DNA from: an uncultured Clostridia bacterium
GTDB taxonomy: Bacteria > Bacillota > Clostridia > Christensenellales > Pumilibacteraceae
Assembly (NCBI GenBank): GCA_947589465.1
Contig: CANQAE010000013.1
Location: forward strand, 1-32,000
Direction of reading: 5' to 3'
Length of the DNA stretch: 32,000 bases
Translations under genes and position numbers: made by a program
The notes under the pieces: model-generated
Seen by the model: only the letters and a program-made list of their open reading frames with translations
What the model was told of the DNA's origin: nothing
Databases searched by the model: none
In this document: positions 1 through 8,800 of the stretch, one piece after another
Numbering within the stretch: position 1 is the stretch's first letter
How the letters are laid out: each line of letters begins with the position of its first letter

Positions 1-78
1 GGCAAACTGTCAAGGTGGCAGGGAATATCTTTGCTCGCCGTCTACGCGGCTTTCTGCACGTTGCAATTCGTGCTTTAA
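1..78 (+). CDS. 3' end of a CDS starting upstream of the window; hydrophobic C-terminal tail, possibly a CaCA-type cation/Ca2+ exchanger
   Basis: Frame 1 is open from base 1 to TAA at 76-78 and reads GKLSRWQGISLLAVYAAFCTLQFVL*. The G-K-x-S-R-x-x-G plus hydrophobic tail matches what I recall of YrbG-like exchanger C-termini. Only 25 residues are visible. Confidence 0.35.
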   Translation, partial: GKLSRWQGISLLAVYAAFCTLQFVL

Positions 79-112
79 TGTCGAAAAATTAATTCATTAA
101 CCTCTTTTTTTG

Positions 113-141
113 TTGTAAATTTTTGGAAAATGTGGTACAAT
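113..141 (+). promoter_or_regulatory. Sigma-A-type promoter of the SNF2-htpG-pyrR unit
   Basis: TTGTAA (113-118), 17-nt spacer, TACAAT (136-141), preceded by TGg as an extended -10 (TGgTACAAT). It lies 44 nt upstream of the ATG at 185. Confidence 0.5.
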
Positions 142-184
142 ATTCTTTCGAACAAACGTTAAGGTCGCTATTTAAGGAGTTAAG

Positions 185-3100
185 ATGTCCGATTTCGAAT
201 CTTTGTACAACGAATGTCAAGCCAATGCTTTTGCCGCCGCCAAGGAAATGTTTTACGACAACAAGGTGGGGGATATAAGCGAAAAGGATTTCGGCGGCAA
301 GACGGTTATTTCCGCCGCCGTGAAAGATAGGCGCGAACATCGTACGAAGATTATTTTCGACGAGCAGGGCGGGCTTTATGACTACTCGTGCGACTGCGAA
401 GAATTCGATATGGCGAACGGACCGTGCAAACATATTATCGCCACCGCGCTTTCTTACGAGGAGAAAAATCCGCAGAGTCGGGACGAGTCAAGACGATTCA
501 TATCCGATTCGTGTGTACAGGGGCTCATAAGTTCATATGCAAAACTGCGCATAGGTCGTATTTACAGGGAAGATCCGCCCGTTAATTTGACGCCCGTGTT
601 GGGACTTATAGGCGATCTCTTGTATTTGCGGTTTACGATAGGCAAAAAAAGAGCGTACAAACTCAAAAATATCGAAGAATTTTGCGTTAATATGAGTAAC
701 GGCGCGTTCCATAGGTACGGATCGGCGCTCGCTTTCGAACATTTCGCGGACAATTTTTCTGACGAGAGCAAAAAACTCGTGGCGTTTATCGTCCGTACGG
801 TAAGAGATAAACGTAATTCGACTCACGAAGAAATCAAGGACAAGTTGTTTGTTTCGCCATCAGACCTCGACGACTTCATTGACGTTTGCGAAAACGGGCT
901 TATCGAGATCGAAGAAGGCAATGCGGGCGAGGGCGTTCGCCAGATCGTCAAACAGCCCGACGCGCTCAAAGTTCGGCTTGATATCCGCGCAGTCGAGGGG
1001 GGATGTATCGTAAAAACCAATCTCGGCACGTTCAGGACGCTGAACGGGCGACGCTATGACTACGTTCTCACTTCGAGCAGAATTTACAGGGTCACCGACG
1101 AATTCGTTTCGTCTGCGCTCAAATTGCTCGTGACGCTCAACTCGCGCGGCGAAGTTTTTATTTGCGAACGCGACATAGGAAGATTTTACAACAACGTTCT
1201 CAAAGAAGCGCGTTTTACTGACGTAAATTGCGATTTCGATTTGACGAAATACGACGTACCGCCGCTCAAAGCCTCGCTCTTTCTCGACCTCGAAGGCGAC
1301 GTCGTGCAAGGCAAACTCGAATGTTTTTACGGCGACGTCGAAACGGATATTTTCTCCGACCCCATGTACGGCGACCGCGATATCGACGCCGAGGAGAATT
1401 TGAAGGAGTGCCTTGCGCGTTACTTCCCGTATTTTCCGCACCTCGCGCTCGACGACAACGACTCTATTTACCTTCTTATGACCGACGGTTTGCGTAGCAT
1501 AGGCAGACATTGCGAGGTGTTTATGGCGGCGGCAATGCAGAAAATTTCCGTTCGAAAGCCGCCCGGAATCAAGGTTGGCGTTAAACTCAGTGCAAATCTA
1601 ATTGACCTCGACCTCTCTGCGGACGGGTATACTTACGACGAACTCGTTAGGATTATAGGCGCGGCAAAATCGAGCAAATATATAAGGCTGGGTAACGATT
1701 TCATAGATCTTACTGACCCCGGATTAAAGGCTTTGTCTAACGTTTTGGGGCTGAGCGACGGACCGCTTCCGCTCTATTACGCGCCGCATATAATAGAAGA
1801 ACTCGGCGAATATTACGAACTCGGCGACGAATGTAAAAGAAAACTCGACTTCAAACGAACGGAAGTTGCGCTTCCGGGCGAATTGAAAGAGGTATTGAGA
1901 GCATATCAGATTACGGGCGTAAAGTGGCTTACCGCCCTCAAAGAAAACGGCTTCGGCGGTATTCTCGCCGACGATATGGGACTCGGCAAAAGTTTGCAGA
2001 TAATTGCGCTCATCATGGCGCACGGACTCAAAACGATCATCGTTTGCCCGACAACGCTTATACTCAATTGGAAGAACGAGTTCGAAAAGTTCGCTCCGAA
2101 CATTAAGGTTTTGTGCGTCATGGGTGGCAGGGACGAACGCGTCGCCGTTATAGACAACGCGGACAAGGCGAACGTCGTCATCACTTCTTACGAACTCATT
2201 CGACGCGACATAGACAGTTACACGATGGACTTCGACCTTGCCGTACTCGACGAGGCGCAGTTCATAAAAAATCCCGAAACCAAAAATTCCAAAGCGGTGA
2301 AAAAACTGAAAAGCAAATACAGGTTCGCTTTGACGGGCACGCCAATCGAAAACAGCCTTGCCGAACTATGGTCTATCTTCGACTTCTTGATGCCCGGATA
2401 TCTGTTTTCTTACGGCAAGTTCAAGGAACGTTTCGAAGTGGAGATAGTGAACGGCAACAAGGACGCTGAGGCTGAACTTAGGCGGCTCGTTATGCCGTTT
2501 ATTCTCCGCAGACTCAAAGCCGAGGTGCTGAGCGAACTTCCGCCCAAGGTCGAAACTAACATTGTCGCGCCGCTTACGGGCGAGCAAGCCGATTATTACA
2601 ACGCGCATCTCGCGCTCATTCGCCGCAGTATAAAAAACCAAACGGGCATCAACAAGATCACCGTGCTTACCATGCTAACCAAACTCAGGCGCATTTGTTG
2701 CGACCCGTCACTCGAAGACAGCGCTTACAAGGGCAATTCGGCTAAACTCGAAGCGTGCTTGCAACTCGTGGACTCGGCGATAAAAGGCGGGCACAAGACG
2801 CTTATTTTTTCGCAGTTCACTTCCATGCTCGATATTATCCGCGAAAAGTTGCTCCATGCGGGCGTCACCAACTATATGCTTACGGGCGACACCCCAAAAG
2901 CCGAACGAATGAAATTCGTCAATCGGTTCAACAGGGACGACACGCAGGTGTTTTTGATATCGTTGCGCGCGGGCGGCACGGGACTTAATCTTACGGGCGC
3001 GGACGTCGTCATTCATTACGACCCATGGTGGAACCTTTCGGTCATGAATCAGGCGACGGACAGGGCGTACAGGATAGGCCAGCAAAGGTCCGTTCAGGTA

Positions 3101-3229
3101 TATTCGCTCTTGCTCGACGGCACTTTGGAGCAGAAGATAGTCGAACTTCAAAAGAGAAAAGCGGGGCTGTCGGGACTACTTGAAGGCGACAGCGCCGAAC
3201 TTTCGGAACTACTCAAACTCATCGAATGA
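185..3229 (+). CDS. SWIM zinc-finger / SNF2-family DNA-dependent ATPase (helicase-like translocase)
   Basis: 1,014-aa ORF with an AAGGAG SD at 174-179. SWIM finger C69-x-C71-x9-C81-x-H83 (SCDCEEFDMANGPCKH). SNF2 motifs present: LADDMGLGKSLQ (I), VLDEAQFIKN (II), LTGTPIENSL (III), QATDRAYRIGQ (VI). Confidence 0.93.
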   Translation: MSDFESLYNECQANAFAAAKEMFYDNKVGDISEKDFGGKTVISAAVKDRREHRTKIIFDEQGGLYDYSCDCEEFDMANGPCKHIIATALSYEEKNPQSRDESRRFISDSCVQGLISSYAKLRIGRIYREDPPVNLTPVLGLIGDLLYLRFTIGKKRAYKLKNIEEFCVNMSNGAFHRYGSALAFEHFADNFSDESKKLVAFIVRTVRDKRNSTHEEIKDKLFVSPSDLDDFIDVCENGLIEIEEGNAGEGVRQIVKQPDALKVRLDIRAVEGGCIVKTNLGTFRTLNGRRYDYVLTSSRIYRVTDEFVSSALKLLVTLNSRGEVFICERDIGRFYNNVLKEARFTDVNCDFDLTKYDVPPLKASLFLDLEGDVVQGKLECFYGDVETDIFSDPMYGDRDIDAEENLKECLARYFPYFPHLALDDNDSIYLLMTDGLRSIGRHCEVFMAAAMQKISVRKPPGIKVGVKLSANLIDLDLSADGYTYDELVRIIGAAKSSKYIRLGNDFIDLTDPGLKALSNVLGLSDGPLPLYYAPHIIEELGEYYELGDECKRKLDFKRTEVALPGELKEVLRAYQITGVKWLTALKENGFGGILADDMGLGKSLQIIALIMAHGLKTIIVCPTTLILNWKNEFEKFAPNIKVLCVMGGRDERVAVIDNADKANVVITSYELIRRDIDSYTMDFDLAVLDEAQFIKNPETKNSKAVKKLKSKYRFALTGTPIENSLAELWSIFDFLMPGYLFSYGKFKERFEVEIVNGNKDAEAELRRLVMPFILRRLKAEVLSELPPKVETNIVAPLTGEQADYYNAHLALIRRSIKNQTGINKITVLTMLTKLRRICCDPSLEDSAYKGNSAKLEACLQLVDSAIKGGHKTLIFSQFTSMLDIIREKLLHAGVTNYMLTGDTPKAERMKFVNRFNRDDTQVFLISLRAGGTGLNLTGADVVIHYDPWWNLSVMNQATDRAYRIGQQRSVQVYSLLLDGTLEQKIVELQKRKAGLSGLLEGDSAELSELLKLIE

Positions 3230-3254
3230 AAATTATTTAAGGAGAAGGATATAT

Positions 3255-5069
3255 ATGAAGAAATTCAAAGCAGAATCGCAAAGATTGTTGGAACTTATGA
3301 TCAATTCCATTTATACCAACAAGGAGATCTTTTTGCGCGAACTCATTTCCAATGCGAGCGACGCGCTCGATAAGTTGCACTTTGTGACGCTTACCGACGG
3401 AAGCGAGGACAGAAAATTCGAAATAAGACTCGAAATCGACCCCGCCGCGCGAACTTTAACCGTTCGCGACAACGGCATAGGCATGGACGAAAAAGAACTC
3501 GAAGATAATTTGGGAACGATCGCAAACAGCGGAACTTTCAAGTTCAAGGCGGACAACAAGACGGACGAAGAACTCATAGGACAATTCGGCGTCGGTTTTT
3601 ACGCATCGTTTATGGTAGCCGACAAAGTCACCGTAATAAGCAAAAAGTACGGCAGCGACTCGGCGTTTAAGTGGGAGAGTTCGGGCGCGGACGGCTATAC
3701 CGTTTCGCCCGCCGAGAGAGAAGAATGTGGCACGACCGTTATCCTCTCCCTCAAACCCGACTCCGAGGACAACGAAACGGATAATTACCTCGACGAGTGG
3801 CGCATAGAGGAATTAGTCAAAAAGTATTCCAATTACATTCGCTATCCCATAACTATGATGTGCACTTCGAAACGCAAAAAGGAGGGCAGCGACGAATACG
3901 AGGATTACACCGAACTCAGGACGCTAAACAGCCTTTTGCCGATCTGGAAGCGAAATAAAAACGAGGTCAAAAAAGAGGATTATATCGAATTTTACAAATC
4001 GACCTACTATGATATGACAGATCCGCTTCATTATTTCAGCGCTTCGACAGAGGGCGCGTTGACATATAATGCTCTTATTTACGTACCCGGCAAGGCTCCG
4101 TACGATTACTTTTCCGCCGATTACAAACGAGGACTGTCGTTGTACGCTAACGGCGTGCTTATAACCGAGAAATGCGAGGATCTTTTGCCAGATTACTTCG
4201 GATTTTTGCGCGGAGTGGTGGACAGCAGCGACCTTTCGCTCAATATCTCGCGCGAAATGCTCCAAAAGGATCGCCAACTCAAAGCGCTCGCGAACGGCAT
4301 TTGCAAGCGCATAATAAGCGAATTCGGCAAATTGCTCGCCTCGGATCGCGAAACGTATGAAAAGATCTTTTCAGAGTATGGGGCGAGCATAAAGTTCGGC
4401 GTTTACGAAAACTTCGGCGAGAAAAAGGACGAACTCAAAGATATAATTTTGTTCCGTTCATCTTCGGGCGGATACGTTACGCTCGCGGAATATGTCAAGG
4501 CTATGAAGGAAGATCAAAAGGAAATTTTGTACGCGTCGGGACGCTCCGTTGAAGCCATAGCCAAGATGCCTCAGGTAGAGGGTGCGGTCGGAAACGGCAT
4601 ACAGGTTCTCTATCTTACCGATCAGATCGACGAGTTCGTAATGAAAGTTATAGGCGAGTACGACGGCAAAAAAATAGCGCCCGTCGGTTCGTCTGCCGAG
4701 GATAAGACTGACGGCGACCTCAAAGATCTATTAGAATTTATGAAGAAGTCACTCGACGGCAAGGTCAAAGACGTAAAGGTCAATTCGGCAATAGGAAGTT
4801 ATCCGTCGTGCCTTACGGCGGAGGGCGAAGTTTCGCTCGAAATGGAACGCATACTAAATGCTATGCCAAACGGAAAAGGCGTCAAGGCTACGCGAATAAT
4901 GGAAATTAATCCATCCCATTCCGTCATTGTCAAGGCAAAGGAATTGTTAGGGGTTGACGACGACAAACTCAAAAAACTTACTGCCGTTTTGTACTGCGAA
5001 GCGTCGCTCCTCGCGGGACTCGAAGTGGACGGAGCGGAGTTCGTTCGCGACCTTAACGATCTTATTTAA
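3255..5069 (+). CDS. htpG: Molecular chaperone HtpG (bacterial Hsp90)
   Basis: Track start 3180 replaced by ATG 3255, which has a GGAGAAGGA SD at 3241-3249. Canonical Hsp90 N-terminal motifs: NKEIFLRELISNASDALDK, RDNGIGM, GQFGVGFYASFMVA. The length of about 604 aa is typical. Confidence 0.95.
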   Translation: MKKFKAESQRLLELMINSIYTNKEIFLRELISNASDALDKLHFVTLTDGSEDRKFEIRLEIDPAARTLTVRDNGIGMDEKELEDNLGTIANSGTFKFKADNKTDEELIGQFGVGFYASFMVADKVTVISKKYGSDSAFKWESSGADGYTVSPAEREECGTTVILSLKPDSEDNETDNYLDEWRIEELVKKYSNYIRYPITMMCTSKRKKEGSDEYEDYTELRTLNSLLPIWKRNKNEVKKEDYIEFYKSTYYDMTDPLHYFSASTEGALTYNALIYVPGKAPYDYFSADYKRGLSLYANGVLITEKCEDLLPDYFGFLRGVVDSSDLSLNISREMLQKDRQLKALANGICKRIISEFGKLLASDRETYEKIFSEYGASIKFGVYENFGEKKDELKDIILFRSSSGGYVTLAEYVKAMKEDQKEILYASGRSVEAIAKMPQVEGAVGNGIQVLYLTDQIDEFVMKVIGEYDGKKIAPVGSSAEDKTDGDLKDLLEFMKKSLDGKVKDVKVNSAIGSYPSCLTAEGEVSLEMERILNAMPNGKGVKATRIMEINPSHSVIVKAKELLGVDDDKLKKLTAVLYCEASLLAGLEVDGAEFVRDLNDLI

Positions 5070-5083
5070 CGGAGGGTTTCGAT

Positions 5084-5617
5084 ATGCATTTGAAGGCTAA
5101 TTTGCTGGACGAAGAAGGAGTAAAGCGCGCGCTCGTGCGCATTTCCCACGAGATCATCGAGCATAACAAAGGCGTGGATAACGTAGTGCTTGTCGGCATT
5201 AAAAGCAGAGGTATTCCCCTTGCGAAGTTCATCAAGGATACGATCTTCAAGGCGACGGGCGCCGAACTCGAAGTGGGCGAACTCGACATAGGACTATATC
5301 GCGATGACTTGACCGAAAATAACGGTCCGATTGTCAACGACGTTAATCTCAACGTGACCGTGGTCGGCAAAACAGTCATTTTGGTGGACGATGTAATGTT
5401 TACGGGTAGGACGGTCAGGGCTGCAATAGAGGCGATATTAAAGCACGGCAGAGCGTCCGCCATTCAACTTGCGGTGCTTATAGACAGGGGACACAGAGAA
5501 CTGCCGCTGAGAGCGGACTATGTGGGCAAAAACGTTCCGACGTCGAAAAGCGAAGTCGTATCGGTGAACATTCCGCCGTATGACAAAAAGATATGCGTGG
5601 ACATATATGAAATTTAG
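5084..5617 (+). CDS. pyrR: Bifunctional pyrimidine operon regulator / uracil phosphoribosyltransferase PyrR
   Basis: 177 aa, GGAGGG SD, starts 14 nt after the htpG stop. PRTase fold motif VILVDDVMFTGRTVRAA and PyrR-type tail LAVLIDRGHRELPLRADYVGKNVPTS. Confidence 0.92.
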   Translation: MHLKANLLDEEGVKRALVRISHEIIEHNKGVDNVVLVGIKSRGIPLAKFIKDTIFKATGAELEVGELDIGLYRDDLTENNGPIVNDVNLNVTVVGKTVILVDDVMFTGRTVRAAIEAILKHGRASAIQLAVLIDRGHRELPLRADYVGKNVPTSKSEVVSVNIPPYDKKICVDIYEI

Positions 5618-5621
5618 TATA

Positions 5622-5663
5622 AAAGACGGTCGTATCGAAAGGTACGGCTGTCTTTATTTTTTT
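5622..5663 (+). terminator. Rho-independent terminator after pyrR
   Basis: 13-bp stem AAAGACGGTCGTA (5622-5634) / TACGGCTGTCTTT (5643-5655) with two G-U pairs and an 8-nt loop, followed by A-TTTTTTT (5656-5663). Confidence 0.85.
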
Positions 5664-5733
5664 CATATCAACATATGCACATATATGCATTACGAATTTT
5701 ACCGCAATTTATGCTATTTTCGCGGTCAAAATG

Positions 5734-5762
5734 TTGACGGCGGCGCATATTAATGATATACT
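5734..5762 (+). promoter_or_regulatory. Sigma-A-type promoter of the giant gene
   Basis: TTGACG (5734-5739), 17-nt spacer, TATACT (5757-5762). A palindrome TATTCG-N6-CGAATA (5770-5787) sits just downstream. Confidence 0.55.
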
Positions 5763-5815
5763 ATGAACGTATTCGGAATTTCGAATATAATCGTCATTAA
5801 TGCGAGGAAAGATTT

Positions 5816-8800
5816 TTGAGCAATGAATTAAAAGACGTCAACAACGACGATCCCGCCCTCAACGAGAAAGAACTCGGTGGCGAAACAGATACCGAAAATA
5901 AGACCGAGCCCGAAAAGATCGAGGACTCCAACGAGAACTCGGCAAACAAAAACTCGGCAGACGGTAAAACCGCAAACGAAGTAACGGCAGACGTCAAAAC
6001 GAAGAAACAAAAAAAATTCAAAGAAAGTAAGCAAAAGAAGAAAAGAGGTTGCTTTTTTTACGGTTGTTTGTCGTTGCTCATTTTTAATTTCGTATGCGTA
6101 TGCCTGCTTATAGGCGTAGGCTGGGTCATGGGCGACCAATATTCGCGTCAATATCTCGGTATGGGACTAACCGAAACTTTTGACGTTGTGACCGGTGTAG
6201 TAAAGTCCAACGATTCGGTAGTTGATAACCCGTACGGCGAGGGCGACGAAGATAAGTTTTACGACGCGCTCGGCGACGCGTTGTTCCTGAATCATGGCGT
6301 CGTGGACGGCGACGAACTCAAAACGTACGTAACGGACGGCATAAAGAACGAGGAGGACATGGGCGCTTACATGGGCGATTATGCAGTTTCGCTGCTTACC
6401 GCCGACAACATTAATCAAGAGCGACTTGACCTTATCGACGATAATAATTTAGATACTTTCAACTTCAAGGTGACCGACAGACAACTTGCGGCTTTTTTAG
6501 ACGGCATCATAGACAGCGTCGCCGAAGATTTGCTCGTTGATATGATACTGGGTGACGATTTCGACGCGGAGAGTTACGGACTCGACGTCGAAAGTCTGCA
6601 TTTCGAAGATTATATCGCGCTCAATCAAATTACGTTGCACGTAGAAAACCGCACGGTCGGCGGCGTGTCCACGCCCGTGAATATGGCGAAATTGACGGTG
6701 TCCGTAAGTTTGCATAAGATAATAGACGAAGTTACAAAGGCTTTGGATGTAGATAAGTTCGTAGACAATCAACTTCAATCGGCGGCGTCCATGAAATCGC
6801 TCGTAAGTTTCGGGTTCGGCAGCGCGCCGGGCTTACTGAAAATGATTCTTCCCGCAACTTTCTATATCACCATAGACATGGGGCTTTCGCATAACGTCGA
6901 ACCCGATCTGTTCATAAACAATATGAACGGGGAAAAAATGACCAAACTTTATTCGCTGCTCAAAAGCACGGGACTCGATATTCAATCCGAACTCAACAAC
7001 ATATTCGTAGAAGAAGAAGGAGCCGTAAAAGAGGCTCTTGACTCTACGAACGAAATCGTTCCGCTCGGCGAAATTTTTACCGATGGCGGGATAAATTGCG
7101 ACCTGTATCAAAAAATAATAGATTTTTCGAAACTCAATTACGAACAGACGGACGAAGGCGAAAGGCTTAAACCCGAAGCGCAACGCATAACTTCGACCGA
7201 CGTTTTGAAAACTTTGCAACTCGTTTTGAGCGACAGTTCGGCATACAGAGAGCGACTTAAAAACCAAGAATACAGTTACAAGAGTTGGCAATTCAAGCAC
7301 AATGCGGACGGTGGGATAGTTATCGAAAACGGCGAACCCGCCATCGAGTTCACGCCCGAATATTACGACGTCAATTGCAAGGATATAAAGGCGCTCATAG
7401 ACGACTACAACGAACTCATATTGTCGCGTTTCAGTAACTGTTACGGCTTGAAGCGCGACGAAAATACGACGGTGGATAGCATAATCTCCGCTTTCGGAGA
7501 CGGAGAATTCGACCAAAACACCATTCTCGACCTGTTCGACGCTCAAAAGATAAAGAAAATCATAAGCGGCGACGATCCCTCCTCTCTCGTCATTGACGAC
7601 AAGATGCTCGCCGCGATTGTCATTAACCTTATGGACAGCATTAATTCCGAAGCAGGGCTTAATGACGGCGATATAGATATCGAATACATTCATATAGAAG
7701 AACGAAACAACGGCGGAGTAAAACATCATATTCTCAATGCGGGAATAAATCTCAACGTGGCTTCGATAGTTGAGTCCAAAGCGGACAACGAACTCATAAG
7801 CAAGATCGTAAAAGGACTCGCCGAAAAGTTTCTTGTGGAAGCGGCGATAGACATTACGATCGTAAACGAAGAAGATCGTGACGGCTTTAAATACGAAGAT
7901 ACAGTTCTCAGGATAAACGACAGGAGCGCGTCGGCGATAGACAAGATCCTTACGTCGCTCGGCGTGTTCGGCAGCGACGAAAACGGAGAAAACATTACCT
8001 TTACGGGCTTTATGGATTCGAGTTTGTCCACCGTGCGCGATACGATAGGCAATCTCGGCAAGTTGCCTAATTTGCAATTGCAAAGTTCGGCGCTCAAACT
8101 TCCCGATGTTTACGACGCTTTGTCTGCCGTCATTAACGGAGAAAAGACAGAGGGCGAGAAAGGTTATATCGAGCGCAATACGCTGAAAGACGCGCTGTCG
8201 CTGCTCATTAACGACGGACCGCTCGCCGACGAAAGCGCAACGAATCCTTATTCCATATACGGAGATAGCGAAGCGAATAAACAACGTTTTTCCGATTACA
8301 ATCAAAAGTGCGCAGATGCTTTGCTTGACGAACTCGGCAAGAAGTACGGACTCGATTATACGGCGGATGACGGCGAAGATTATACGCTTGCCGAAGTCCT
8401 TTATATCCTCGGCATAGGCGATACGGCTACCGAAAGGGTGCAAGACAAGGACATTTACGGTTTGCTCGGCAAAGACAAACTTTCGGCTATATCGGCTCGT
8501 GACGGCGATTGGAGCAATGACTTAAAGGTGAATATCCAAAACGTCATTTACACCGATAATAATGGTAGCGAGGGACGCGATATGCTTACCGCGCTCATAA
8601 GGCAGGTAATGTTCGCAAACGGCAATCCTTTCGAGGATCTCGGCGACGCATTGAACGAGAACAGCCTTTTGTACGTTAAACTCAGTGGCACGGGCAACAA
8701 ATTATATATGACAATAGCGGTAAAGGCGATTTTAAGCGAACTCATTCCCGCTGACGAAGAAAATTCGGCTATAACCGATTTCGTCAAGAGCCTCTTGCCG

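Noticed and set aside
860-1510. Other 200-250-aa antisense or overlapping ORFs: 860-1510, 2708-3151, 9749-10369, 13422-14051, 14478-15224, 17000-17620, 19893-20366, 23895-24512, 26889-27647, 28002-28733.
   Set aside because: All are in triplet register with a well-supported gene on the opposite strand and show no motifs. They arise from the same codon-bias artefact.
185-3229. SNF2 helicase as part of a DISARM/BREX-like defence island.
   Set aside because: No methyltransferase, PLD nuclease, DUF1998-like or other partner genes are present. The neighbours are htpG and pyrR. The architecture (SWIM plus SNF2) is a common stand-alone bacterial type.
3180-3254. N-terminal extensions proposed by the ORF track: 3180, 12771, 18701, 19010, 19435, 22148, 23760, 25193, 26859, 30359, 30651.
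   Set aside because: In most cases an internal ATG is preceded by a clear SD at 5-9 nt. It also coincides with the conserved N-terminus of the family. The extension overlaps the upstream gene or the SD itself. The exception is the 30651 extension (yyaC-like gene): the ATG I chose at 30522 has no good SD and rests only on the conserved family N-terminus, so that start stays uncertain.
3255-5069. HtpG as a defence-type GHKL/MORC ATPase.
   Set aside because: Its full-length canonical Hsp90 motifs and size fit the housekeeping chaperone.
5070-5083. PyrR-binding attenuator upstream of pyrR.
   Set aside because: Only 14 nt separate htpG and pyrR, and they contain just the SD. I did not spot a convincing UCCAGAGAGG-type loop elsewhere in the window. 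The nearest, ACAGAGAGGTA at about 30561, is the cvpA-like SD region.
6833-8443. 536-aa ORF on the minus strand inside the giant gene. It is the longest unannotated ORF in the track.
   Set aside because: It is in exact codon register with the sense gene (8443-5818 = 3 x 875). Its translation is F/V/R/I-rich with no motifs, typical of an antisense shadow. It has no SD or promoter. It is explained by avoidance of TTA/CTA/TCA in the sense frame.
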